From contig BQFW01000013.1 of the NCBI GenBank assembly GCA_020891255.1, positions 496,001 through 560,000 of the forward strand: a stretch of DNA of 64,000 bases, given 5' to 3'. The translations under genes and the position numbers were made by a program. The notes beneath the pieces were generated by a model. That model saw only the letters and a list, made by a program, of their open reading frames with translations. It was not told the origin of the DNA and searched no databases. This DNA comes from Entomortierella parvispora E1425. Taxonomy: Eukaryota > Fungi > Mortierellomycota. Positions 38,816 to 51,607 of the stretch are shown here, piece by piece. Position 1 is the stretch's first letter, and the number at the start of each line of letters is the position of its first letter.

Positions 38816-39586
38816 TTAAACGGCCTGTCCTCCGTTGACCCTCAGGATCTGGCCATTGACCCAGGACGAGCTCTCGCCCGACAAGAAGGAGACGATGCCC
38901 GCAATCTCATCTGGCTCACCCAAACGGTTCTGTGGGTTCATGCTGGCAATGGCGCTGACCATCTGCTCCGTCTTGCCTTCACGGAATCCATCCGTGTCCG
39001 TGGGGCCAGGGTTGACACAGTTGACGGTGATGCCTTTCCGTCCCAGATCCTTGGCCATGACGCGGGTCATCTGCTCAATGGCGCCCTTGGTGGCCACGTA
39101 CAGGAAATAGTTGGGCCCAATGGTCGACATGGTGGTCAAGGTGGAGGAGAGGAGGATCAGACGGCCACCCTTGTGAAGGTGAGGGATGACTTCCTTGGCA
39201 AAGAACATGGGGGCCTTGACGTTGAGGCGGAAGGCTTCCTCAAACGAGTCCTCAGTCACTTGCTCGATCGACTGCATCACGATCCAGGCGGCGTTGAAGA
39301 CGACGATGTCCACTCGACCGAATGCAGCCAGGGTTTCTTGAAGAATCTTCTTTCCTTGATCCAAGAAACCCACGTCACCCTGAACAGCAATTGCTCTCAC
39401 GGAAGATTTGTTGGCGGCAGCGTGGGAATGAATTTCGTTAACGACTTCCTGGGCCTTTGCAGCGTTGGACTGGTAGTTGATGACGACGTTGTGGCCGTCC
39501 TGGGCGAGACGGATGGCAATGGCGCGACCGATACCGCGGGAGGAACCCGTGACGATGGCGACCTTGTTGGCAGAGGGAGAAGACAT
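38816..39586 (-). CDS. Classical short-chain dehydrogenase/reductase (FabG-like), intronless, about 256 aa
   Basis: TGSSRGIG Rossmann motif, VFNAA, catalytic YVATK and VNCVNPGPTDT. ATG at 39586. Confidence 0.93.
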   Translation of the reverse strand: MSSPSANKVAIVTGSSRGIGRAIAIRLAQDGHNVVINYQSNAAKAQEVVNEIHSHAAANKSSVRAIAVQGDVGFLDQGKKILQETLAAFGRVDIVVFNAAWIVMQSIEQVTEDSFEEAFRLNVKAPMFFAKEVIPHLHKGGRLILLSSTLTTMSTIGPNYFLYVATKGAIEQMTRVMAKDLGRKGITVNCVNPGPTDTDGFREGKTEQMVSAIASMNPQNRLGEPDEIAGIVSFLSGESSSWVNGQILRVNGGQAV

Positions 39587-40279
39587 GGCTTGCGTGTGTG
39601 TGTGTGTGTGTGTTGAGAGGGAGTCTGAGTGAAGGATAGAAGAAGAAGCGTGCTGAAAAAAAGGGGAGAAGGGGAATAAACATTGTCCTTTTATACGACG
39701 TTTTTTTCCTGCAAGCTCTGTCAGCAAAAAAAAGGAGGACGCATGGACGTCCCTTTCAGGTGGAACGCTCTCTAAAATGATAACCTTGTCCCACCCACAA
39801 ATCGTTGCGCAGTGGGTACGTGGTGCTGACTGTGCACAGGCGAATGCCGTTCTATCGTAAAAGCCACCCCAGCCACCGAAAAACCGCGTCTGCCCTCCAC
39901 TCGACCCTTGGACGCGTTGTTTTTTCCGCTCTCTCTCATTTGCTGAAGAGCAACTGCGGTGCACTAAAGGAGATTGTGTCCAACTGCATTCCCATTCTTT
40001 CTCCGCTCAGTGGCTCCAGGATGCAAAAGCCCCCGCGTCTCTCTCTCTCTCTCTCTCTTTTTTTTCTGGTTGATCCTGCCACCGGCATTGAGGCTTACGT
40101 AGCCTAAGCTGCTCAAGCGTGATGTCATTTCATGAAGGGCCATTTAGATACAAGCTAGACTACCATCCACCTCTTGAGAGCCAAGAATGTTTAATGATTT
40201 TTACATCCAGATCCTTTTTGGCTCCAGCAGGGTACATGTACGCTCTTCAATTGATTCAACAACTTTTACGTTTTTTGTA

Positions 40280-43200
40280 TTACTTGGCTTCTTCTGTAGA
40301 CTTTGATACTTGGATATAGTGCGCCAAGTTGGGCATCTGCATAAAGCCCTTTCCGACACTCCTAGAAGTCGAGCCATGGGATCCCGATTGGACCGGGCCC
40401 TCTTGGTCCTCCTCATCCTCCTCTTCTTCACTGGCTGTGGTATTGCCAAGATCAATCAACATGGCGGTGGATTTCTTGCCCCGCTTGGTTCTTCTTCTCT
40501 GGGCCTTGACTACTTGCACCGCGAGTCTCCATCTATTGATATCATAGACCCCGGGCTGTGTGAAACAGGCGATCAATACAATTTCAACCTCCTGTAACGG
40601 CTCCAGGTATCCAGTACTAAACGTTGGTCCTGACCAGAAGAATGGGTGTGCATTTGTGTGGGGGTTGCTGGCTTCCAGCTGCGCGATGGAAAGAGAGGAA
40701 ACCGATGTTGTCAAGGAGGGACGACCCTGTGGAATTCCAGCGTTGTCCGTTTTTTGGACGGACAAGGCCTCCTTGTATGAGAGCATCTCCAGCGTGTACT
40801 CCACATGCTTATTCCATGAGCAATTCTTAATGACGATTCGAACAGGGGTTTGGCACATTCTATTGAATACAAAGAAAGAAAGAAAAAAAGGAAAAAAAAC
40901 ATGGGTCAGTAAGTTACTCCAATGTTGATCACTCCGCTTGTACCTGATGAATAAGTGGATATTCTTTCTTACCTAGACTGCGAAAAGTCATGATGGACAA
41001 CATCATCGGAGAACATGGCAATCTTGGCGGGGCTTCCATCATTGAAATGTGGGTTCATTGTCAGAGCATGTACCAGCGCTGCTTGATCCCGCATCGTTTG
41101 TTCATACAAAGCCCTACGAGCAGTCTCTGTTTCTTCTCCATCTCCGTTCAGATCATCCAAGGGGTCAATGGGCTGGAAGGGGTTCATTTGAACTCCGAGG
41201 TTGATGCCAATAATGTAATGGTGTCCACGCCTGTTCAATTTGGGTATGTTCCAGAAAAGGGCCAGATCAATGTCGTTGCTTCCGTAGACTGAGAACAGAT
41301 TGCGGCGGTCTACTGAGGCTGGAATAGACGAGAACTGGGTCGTGAGGGTTCCCTGACGCCAGCCTACTCTAGACGCCCGTGAAAAGTGTTGCAGCGCTGG
41401 TGAAGAGACTTCGATGTGCGAGTTTGTCTAATAAACGGAGGGCAAATAGCAATGTTAGAGTTACTCTGGGCGACGGCCAGTCTGTACCGCCTTTCAATAG
41501 ATAACTCTCCTACCGTGGACAAATGACAAGCTTGAAGAGTCAGAGGTGGAGGCACATCCTTGAGTTTCTCCTGTCCAATAACCAACTTTTCCAAGGCTTT
41601 AGACATGAATCGTTCAGGTGTCAATGCAGGAGGGTTGGGCGACTCGCGCTGTCGAATCCTGTAATAAGTGAAGACAGTCTGCCGAGGGGCAATGGATCTA
41701 TAGTCTTCCGAGTCACTAAAAAAATATACCCAAGATTAGCTGGTCTGAGAAATACACCAATTATCATGTTTCAATCTTCAGGACTGTAACACGTACTCCG
41801 ACTTTTGGACCGACTCAATCACCCAAGAGGCACTCATGGATGAGATCTGCAAGAACTCGAAATTGGGGACCGTCTGCAAGTTCTCCGTCTATGTTAATAA
41901 GATAGTTGGGCTGTGTTAGAAGCCAGTAGTGAACGACATTTTGCTTCCCAATGACAACATAATATACCTCGATTCCAAGAATAAATTCGTTCAAACCCTT
42001 GGTACTCGGTCTTGTAAAAGCATTGATCTTGAGGGAAGGCAGGACTTGTGCAGTTACAGTGTGGCGCAACGTTCTCACACCCATGGCCGTTCCACCCTGC
42101 TCAGACTCGTACGAAAATACAAACAAAAAGTTGTGCTTGCCAATCTTGTCACCACGTAACCAACAGGGAATCTTGATACTCGCCCCTGGAGCCAAAACAG
42201 TGTCCAAGATCCGTTGACTTGCTGTAGCCTGCAATGAATTGTCGACTTCGATACTCTCCATAGCAGAGTCGCCTTCGCCTTGGTCTAAAAGTAAAAATGG
42301 CTTAGGCTGCTGCTTCCTTTCTGTAGAAGAAAACAAGGGAAATACTCTTCCACACTTACTGTAGATTCCAAGATCGCCTTTGTCCTTTTTCTCGCCAATA
42401 CAAAAGAATGAAGGGTGGCTCATACGAACAGTCAAGTTCTTCAAGCCTTTCTTTCCTCTGTTTTTGATTTCCAACGAGAGCTCGCAAACTTCACCAGACA
42501 AAAGCATCTCTGGCGACGAGTGGAATTCCACGTCCAGCAAAGGCATCTCTGGAGCCACAAGGATATCGAGGCTCTTGTCCTCCTCGTGCATCACAGACAT
42601 CATTTGGTCTTTGGTCGTGTTGAGACGTTTTCCTTTCTTAATAATGTCCTTGTACGCGTGAACCTGTCCCTCGACATTACAGTGAAGACCCATGACCTTG
42701 ATTTGACCCTCCTGCTTTGGCAGGATTTCGAAAGTGAGCTACAAATTCATAAAAGTCAATGGTTATAAGCGTTCATCCAAAATGATATCGACCACAGCGA
42801 CGTAGGCGACTTACAGTTCTGATCTGGCCTGGCTCCAAGATAACCCTGTCGATACGGTCGCAATCAAATGCAGTAAATGACACCTTTCCTTCAAAGTCTG
42901 GGTTCTGTTGATCATAGAGTCGCAAGTGCGCTTCCTCGGCAGCATCAACAGGAACGGTGAACGAGGTGGTCGAGGTGCTGTGTTCACAGCCCAGCACAAT
43001 GTCTGTCAGAATAACGGGAATCTGCAGAGGGTTTTTGATGTTGACGGTCGCCAAGACATGTTCTACAGTAGTTCAAATGGCGCGGAGCAAATTAATGAGG
43101 GAGTTCTATGATCTCTTGACTCTGAAACGACATATTCTACATACCTCCTACTGCGGAAATGACACGCTGTCCTCTGGAGCTTAAGGTACCTTGAGACACG

Positions 43201-45984
43201 CTCTCCAGCTCAGCCCACCCTTCGCCACTTTCATTCACGGACTGGGAAGTCGACAGCACAATCCTTGCCGTAGATCCAAGAACGATCGGCAAAGGGAAAT
43301 CAGGGAATGTTTCTCGCAGGGGATCTGCTTCAATCTTGTTGGTATAGTCCTATTAGACAGTGGTGTTAGAATTGCTATAGACAGCCTGACTCTTTTTCGA
43401 TCCAATGATCAACTTACCCTGTAGACGCTCAAAAATTCCTTCATATACACCGCTTGCTGTTGTGGGGACTGCCTGCTTTCACGCAACAGCTTCTTGTAGT
43501 GATCCAGTACTTCCTCTGATTTCCCAAGTTGATAAGACTGTCGTCCAAGAGCACAGCTGATGTGGTCGTCTACCAGTTCCCAACCCTTGGAATCATATAC
43601 CAGAGAAGCGGCCATATAGCACCGATAGGCATGCTCTTTCTACAAAATACATTGAGTTAGACAAAGGAAATAATCGAAACGAAAGCATATCTCATTTTTT
43701 TCCACCATACTTGGTCTGCCTTGTTGAATCGATGGCCAGCCATGATCATGTGGAAGGCGTATTTACGGATAGATGGTCGAGACTGCTTGAGATAGCAATG
43801 GGCTGCCTGTTCAAGGAAAAGACCATTACGAAGATCGGAAGACTAGTAGAGTAGAAGAATAGGAGTTTTCAGGGTTAAAAAAAAGACAGATTTCCTTCAA
43901 CGACTTCTGTGCAACGAAGTCCACTTCGTCACTACCTCTCCTGTCATTCTTGTCAACGTATTGGGAGCATCCTTGTATAGATTGCGCTGTTTGCAGAGCT
44001 CGTAGCAAAGCAAGGTTGCACGGGTTCCGAAAAAGGGCGACTTTGCCTTGTGGATATAAGAATTGACTGCAGACTCAAAATAATGATCCACATCGTTTTT
44101 GGACCCGAGCGGTTGTGGTGCCATCAAGAGGCAAAGTCCAATCATTTCCTACCGTAAGAGCAACCAATGAGTTTAGACGTTGCACTACTGCAGTTATATG
44201 ATGAGAAACAGAAGTACAGGCCCGACTTACTTGAGCACCTCCATAATACTTCCAGGCTTTATCCGATGCGAAATCCTTTTTTACGGTTTCGTAAACCGAC
44301 GAGGCGAACTTGTAGTCACGAAGCATGAATGCCCAATCTGCCAATTTGCGCATCTGAGCTTCCGGAGAGGCGTGCGGGTAGATAACACTTCCATTTGATC
44401 CGGCCGTTGGTGACTGCTGGATAGAGGTTGCGGGGTTTTTGGACCCTGTCCCGAAATAACGTCGGAAACGTCCAGCAATACCTTTACGTGAAGCAGCAAC
44501 TTGCTCATTCCAGGTCATGATGTTTCTCTCCATGTGAGGAATAATACTTTGCGACAGCATCTCCCTCAGGAAGGTCGAAATTCCCGTAATGTCCTCGCTG
44601 CTCATATAGCATCCATAATCCTCTGCAGTCTTTTCGGGATGAAGCAGCAAATCCAAAACGAGGCTGTTGTTTTCGGAAGGAGGCAGTACTAATGGCTCGT
44701 GGTCAAAAGTTCCATCCTCGTCGTCATTCCCAAGCTGAGCAAACACAGGATTCGAAGCGAATGTTGGTGAGTTGTTTCCAGAATAAACAGGCGATGACGT
44801 GGAAGACCGTTGGTTCAGCAGATCCGAGACTGTTCCTGGCTGTGTTGCAGAGGAAATGGATGATAATGAACTGCGGTTCGCGGAAGGATCTTTCGCAGCA
44901 TGTCCCATCGCCAAAAGTCTTGATTGAGCTACACTCTTGATCCAGTGGTGAGCATTCCTGTTCTTTGGCAGCGTCAACTTTTCCGGATCCACAGAGTTGA
45001 TCTTCAAAATGTTGCAATGCAAGCCAAATGTCCGGCGCATCTTGTCCAATTGTTCCAACGCACTACAAAAGGGTATCGGGCGGACTGCAGTCAGCTATTG
45101 CAATCTCAAAGTCCTTGTCAGTCATAAGGACGAATATAATCCCTGAAATACCTGTCAAGATTTCCCCGCGAACAATCGTGAACAAGGACATAGTATTTCA
45201 GCAGCGTAGGATCCATGTATGCTTTCTCGAACACGATGGGAGGTGTGCTCATATTGTTCAGCTGGTGAATTTCGCTTATAGGGTCGAGCGAGAGAGAGGA
45301 TACAGCGATGATGCATGCCACTGGGTGCTCAAAGGTTTCGTGATCAGACACGCCTCCAGTCATAAAGAACAGGTCTCGGTACCGAGCGTACCATGGATAC
45401 ACGCGTTCCGGAGGAGCTAATAGAACAGAGAGTATGTATGTTGAGTTGTTGAGTCCAGCACAGCCAGTCTGATAAAGTGCACCATACTCTGTCTGTCGAA
45501 ATTCGTGTACCATTCAGATATTCGGTTGTGACCTGGCTCGCGTCCTGGATCTTGTAGCGATCTTCGTACCCCTGCGCCTCAGCGCGTACAACGTCCGCCA
45601 ACCACCGATCCGCTGTCCTTGGGTCTGGCTCCTCAAAATGATCCAGCTCTACAAAACGCATAGTGAAGTTGTCGATGGAGGACGGTAATCCCATAGAGGA
45701 GCCGTGCACAGTGACTATAGCGAATGGTTGACGGCAAAAGGTAAAGGTAAATGGCATGCATTCATAAGCGACAGTCTTCAAGTAATTCATCTCTTTGCAT
45801 TCTTGCCTCGGCCTTCCATCTGCTCAGCGAATGGCTTGAGCAAGTCAACGAGTGATGGTATATTGTTGAGCTGGCAGAGTTCAGTGACGCCCTGGGAGGG
45901 AACGACAGCGATCCTCGGGCTCATTGTCCTGGAGACCAGCTCGCGGGCCGAGAAGTCCCTGCCGCGCATATGAAAGGATGCCAT
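40280..45984 (-). CDS. TRS85: TRAPP III complex subunit TRAPPC8/Trs85
   Basis: MSPRIAVVPS, TFEHPVACIIAVSS, LLKYYVLVHD, SPEAQMRKLADWAFMLRDYKFA and LFLEQAAHCY..RKYAFHMIMAGHRF. About 15 introns, including GC-AG 45715-45806. Confidence 0.92.
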
Positions 45985-46418
45985 GGTCCCGCTGTCTCAG
46001 TAGTCCGTGCAAGTATACGTGGCAGGCGTGTGTGTCCTATGTCGGTTCCTGCTCGGCTCTGGCAGATGAGATGAAGGAGAGGAGGAAGGGAGGAGTCGAG
46101 ATGATTGAACAATGGCGCGAGGACGGACGAAGAACACGCATGCACGCAGTCGGCGCACGTGATACGCGCCTGGAAGAGATGCATGCAGGTACATTCATTC
46201 CCTTCCTTACTCTCTCTCTCTCTCTCTCTTCATTCCTTCACCCTCCTTCTTTTATTCTCCCTTCGCTTGACTCTCTATCCGCTTCTGTTGTTACACTCCA
46301 TTCCCGACAACACGCCGTTCTGTCTGCCTTCTTGTCCATGACCATCCCCTGACTCAACACAGCCCCAACCACTCTCTCACGCTCCTCTCTCCCTTCGATC
46401 CTTGGCACCCAATAATTG

Positions 46419-49400
46419 ATGGCCTTCTTCAACAAGATCAAGACCGTGGTCCAGACCGAAGGTGCCCGGGGTATTCGCCAGGCCTTACAAAAGGAGGGCA
46501 CCAAGCGTTTTGCGCAGGATCTCTCTGCCCACCTTGCCGTGGACAACCTCAACTTTTGTGAGGTACAGTGCTTCCAAATTCAGCCTCGAATGACGACACT
46601 TGGTTACCCGGTAGATAATCCTTCTACTTTGCTCACAGCCTCATCCCCATGTCCTTTTCTTTTCCCCCATATGACGCTAGACACGCCGCTATGGTCTGCC
46701 TGCCCTCATCTCGGCCATCGCTGTCGACCCTGTCCAGGGACTCCTTGCAAGTGGTAAAAAAACTCAGTCCCTTGCTCCAATTCTACAAACATGCTGAAAA
46801 AGATCTCTAACTGAAGCACAACATCACATAGGCACTTTCAAAGGCACGATTGCAGTAACAGGAGCGACGGAGCAAACGTGCTACCTCGAACTCGAGGAGG
46901 CCGTTTCTGTCAAAATGATCGCCTTTCAACCCGGCTCTCCTGTCCTCATCGTCATCGATGCCAAGAACGCCATTACGGTCTTTGACTTGATCAAGAAGAG
47001 GCGCCTTTTTGTCAGGAATGCACGAAGTGTAGTGACTTGCATGGAGTTGATCCCAGGGACCAACTGGCTGTTCCACGGCCTCAGGGACGGCAGTATCGAT
47101 GTGTTTGATGTTTACAGAGGCCAGGCTGTCCCTTACAGGATCCCCAATCTTATACCCGAAGGAAGCAGACACTCACTTGTCGTGAGTATCCAGGCACACC
47201 CAAAAGACAACAATCAACTACTGATCGCCTACAGCACCGGCATTGCCTTGTGGAACCTCAAGCAAAAGTCAGTGACCAGGACTTTTATTTTCGAGATCCC
47301 TCCTGGGGCCATGGGCGGTATTACAGCGGATCCAGGAAATGCCAACATGCACCAAAGTCGATACCCCCAAGTCACAGTTATTTCATGGAAGCCGGATGGC
47401 CTTGGGTTTGTCAGTGGGTATGATGACGGATGCTTTGTATTCTGGGATATTCATCAGGAGCACCCTCTTCTTGCAAGGACCATCCATGAGATTCAAGTCA
47501 ACGTCCCAGGGATCAGACCTGTGTTTGAAAGAGATGCAGCTCAGTTTGTGCCGCTGTATCGACTCCAGTGGTGCCTGCACAAAAACTTGGAAGACACAAC
47601 CCTGATCGTGGCAGGAGGAACGAGCTCGATCGACATGTTTGGCCTGCATCTGTTTGACTTTCCAGCCAAGGCGGATTACCGAAGCCCGAGACGCCACCAA
47701 ACCTTGACCATGGACAGTGATATCTTGGACTTTGTGGTCCTGCCAAAAAGCTCGCCGTGGTACAATGGAGGTCTGGATCCAGTTTCTATTTTGGTCCTGA
47801 CCAACCGCGGAGGAATCAGATCTTTCGGGTTTGACCCAGCTCACTCTGTTCAGGCCATCCCATCTTGCTTGTCCATGGTCGAGCCCAGACTCTTGTTGGC
47901 AAAGACCTATGCCTACGGCCATCTTCCACAGGATCAGTTCCATCGACTCTTGCATGGCCTACAGGACCACAGATCTGCAGCACGGACTCCAAGAATACCG
48001 CTCCGAGGAATTCAACTGGCAACTATTAGCGAGGAGAAACTCTGTCGGGACCTGCTGGTGACTGCACATGCGGATTGTAGCATTCGGTTCTGGGAGGGAG
48101 CATCTTTTCGACCACTGCATCATTTGACTGTAGAGCTCGGATCGTTGTTTTTCAAGGACCAGGCTTCTATCGTGGCTTTCGACTATTCAATTCCAAGCCA
48201 AGTCTTGGCAGTTGGATTTTCGAATGGCCATTGGGTTTACGGTCGTTTATCAAACGGCGCAGACTTTTCACGTCAATCGAGTATCTCAGGATCGGTGCCT
48301 GGCAGTGCTAATGTCTCGCGCCAATCCAGCATCACGGGACAGGCTGCTCCTCTTCCGGTTGCTGTTGCTACAGAGACAGAGTTGGCAAGAGCTATGCGGG
48401 ATTCTTTGACATTGGATAGAATCGACGAGGGTGACCCCACACACTCGGAAGGATGGGGACTAACAGCACCCGCAGTCCCTAATCAACCACAACGGAGTCT
48501 CCAACAGGATATGCCCCCTCCCAGAGCCCCAACCCCATCGCCTCCTGGATCAGACGGGGCCAGTCCTGTGGCCGAACCCGCATTTTCAAAGAACGAGGCA
48601 CCACCCCAATCCGCTCGATCTCCACAGGAAATTGCGACCTCTGAAACCGACCCTAAAATCAGCGTCAACACTGGTGGCAACAGCGGCGACACGCTATCAC
48701 CGCCAACCGAGGACCTGGATTATCTCGTTCCGTGTTCGCCAGCTTCTCCCGTTGCTCTTAAAGAACTGGCTCCTCCACTGCCAGACAGGACGCCTTCGCC
48801 ATCGCTTCCTGCACGTCCTCTATTTATCGAATCTAATCTGATGAACGATTCAGAATTTTCGCCCGTCTTCAAATCGACATCTCACCTCGGGAAGATCAAC
48901 TGCATGACGATCTCAGCATGTGGATTGTAAGTCTCGGAAGGGGCTGACATGATTTCACTACATATGTTTTACTAATCGTTGACCATGATTCGTACTATAG
49001 GGTTGCGGTATCGGACGAATTTTATACCCTGAGCATCTCTGATACTCGAACACAGAGAGTGTTGCACGTTGAGGATCTAAAGGGTACGTGAGAAATTATT
49101 TGAAATGGAATAATATTTCAGTCCAAGGTCCTAACCATATTTTTCTTGACGGTTTGCTTCTGCCTGACTATAGTGGTGATGTTGGATCGAGAGAATGTGG
49201 TATCGCAAAGTGAAGGTGCGCAAGGCAACAACAAGCCGCAGCTCAATGCCCTCTCACCAACGGAGGTTCAAGCATTGCAGCGTGTTGGCGTCGTCATATC
49301 GACTTTACAGTTTGTTTTCTCCACAACAAGCGAGCAAGACAAGGTTCAGTCATTGCTCCTAATTGCAGGTTCTACAGAGGGCATCTATATGATCTTTACC

Positions 49401-51125
49401 ATTACTCCACCAGAAGGACTATTACAACCCCGACGTGTGAGAAAGGTCGAGACTTTCCAGACCAAGGAATGCTACGCATCCGTTCATACCTCCATTATCA
49501 ATGTGCTCTCGCCTTCTGAAGCCGCTGCCAAGAACGCCGCCGCTCAATCTGCCTCCAGTCTCTCCTCAGTATCGACAGCAGCTACCAGCAACAGTACTTC
49601 AGCTTCGTCATCTTCTCTACCTGCAGGATCGCCTCCACCACCTCCACCCCGCGAGCCATTGACAGTCCGATACCCGAATGACGATTTACCAGGAACTCAT
49701 CCAGGACACAGTGCCTCCCTCTCTGAATCCTCTGCCAGCATTCGCTCCGAAAACAACTCCAAGCCCTCCATCTACTCAACTCTTAGGGAGGCTCAGGACA
49801 AAGTCATGTCGAAAGCGCAGCAGCGTCTCAATTATCTGGTCAGTGTTAGTGAACATGGAATCCGACTTCATATGAACTGCACCTCGAGACGGATTCAAAA
49901 GATTGATTTGTCGGCTCATGATGCCGAAAGTCTCTATGGCGTCTCGACTCAGAGGACGGGTCGGATCATGGCGGCCAATGTGGTGTATCATGAGGGAGCT
50001 TGCTGTATTCTCTGTTTGACAGAGTCTGGCAGGGTTCTGTTGTTCAGTGTCCCCAAGCTGGAGCTGATTCCTTTACCGATCCCGAACGGAGGCGAGTTGA
50101 TGTTGCCAATTGTGCTGGAGTCGTGGAGATTGCGCGAGAGTGTGATCATGCAAGACGGGCGCATCTTTGTCCCGATTCTCAAGTTCGAGTACAGGATGTA
50201 TAGTCTCTGGGGACACGATCGCTGGATCCCAACGTCGAGTGGATGGCGACAGGAGACTATGCCTTCAGTTTCTGGACCTGCGCGAGCTGGAGACGCTGCC
50301 GAGGTATCTTACCTGCAAGTCTATGACCACTCTGTGGTAATCCCTCCACGACCCACAAACGCCACAGTCGTCTCGCGTGGATGGTTTGGAAGCAGTCAGA
50401 CAGTCGAGGAACCCCTCAGCCCACAAGATCTGGATGTACTTTGTAAGTTGACTATCGATGGTTGGATCTTGCATGTTTTGGGTGGGGAGGGGACCAGCTT
50501 GCTTGTTTTTCTTATCTATGACCACGATCGGCCATATCACAACAAAGGCAAAGGAAGTGTACCAGGGTCCGTTCTCTTTGAAATTCGCGTTCTGAACCTT
50601 GATCTGCTTGGATGGCTATCTCTGTTTGTTATCTCTCTCTCTTTTGAATTTTTTTTTTCTCTTATCGATTCGATGGATTATTTTTTTTATTTTTTTGGTG
50701 CATGGATCTATCTTCCTTGGACACTCTCAATCCACACTGCGCTGCATCAAGGCAATGCGGTTTTGTCTCCATCCTTTTTTCTATACTAACCCACTTTTGT
50801 TTGTTTTGTTTTGTTTTTTTGATTAGTGGGCGGCGAACATTATCAATCGGTGAATCCGGTTCTGAAACGAGCCGGTGTTCAAGGTCCGCCCGGCGTGGCT
50901 CCGCCCCCTCCTCCCAAGCTGACCTCGTCCTCCGGTGGCGGTGGTGGCAGTGCGGGCATTGCGGGCATGATGAACCAAACCATGCAAGGACTGGACGAAC
51001 GTGGCAAGAGACTGGGTCAACTCGGCGACAAGACCGCCGAGATGGAATCTGCCAGTCATGACTTTTTGGCCGCGGCCAGGGAATTGAACGCGAAAAACGC
51101 CAACAAGAAATGGTACGAGTTTTAA
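46419..51125 (+). CDS. SRO7: Tomosyn / lethal(2) giant larvae / Sro7-family WD40 protein with C-terminal R-SNARE-like helix
   Basis: RRYGLPALISAIAVDPVQGLLASG, FVSGYDDGCFVFWD, LLVTAHADCSIRFW and C-terminal QGLDERGKRLGQLGDKTAEMESASHDF. About 5 introns. Confidence 0.9.
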
Positions 51126-51607
51126 GATAGCTCATCACCTATTGTCATCGTCTTCGTCAAGTCTTCATTTTTCTTGCAAAGTACAATAACGTGCATGTTG
51201 TCAAGTTCAAATCAAATACATCTGCCCCCAATGCTCTTCTCCATACCCCAAAGGTGATCGACTCCAGGAGGGACATCTTTTCATCTTTATACCCAGTTGC
51301 CTTTGCGGACAAACCTTTTTTGGCCAGTTTTGTATTTGTGCAGATCTTTTGCTTGGAACGTGAAGGGGGTTCACTCCCCCCATTTACAAAAAGACCCGGC
51401 ATTCAGAATTATCTTTGGTTATTTTTGGTTATTTTTGGTTTATATTTTGCCTGGCGTTGGATGGAAAGAAGATGCAAAAGAAAGAGAGAGAGAGGAGTAA
51501 GAGAGAGAGGGGGGGGGGGGTATTTACATTTCCAAAGTGAAAAGAAAATAGAGAGGAATGAGGAGACGTGGGGTTCAGAAACAGGTGGGATGGGGGATTC
51601 ATATTAT

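Noticed and set aside
38627-39616. 329-aa plus-strand ORF opposite the SDR
   Set aside because: Antisense shadow with no ATG-led domain, and it runs into homopolymer sequence.
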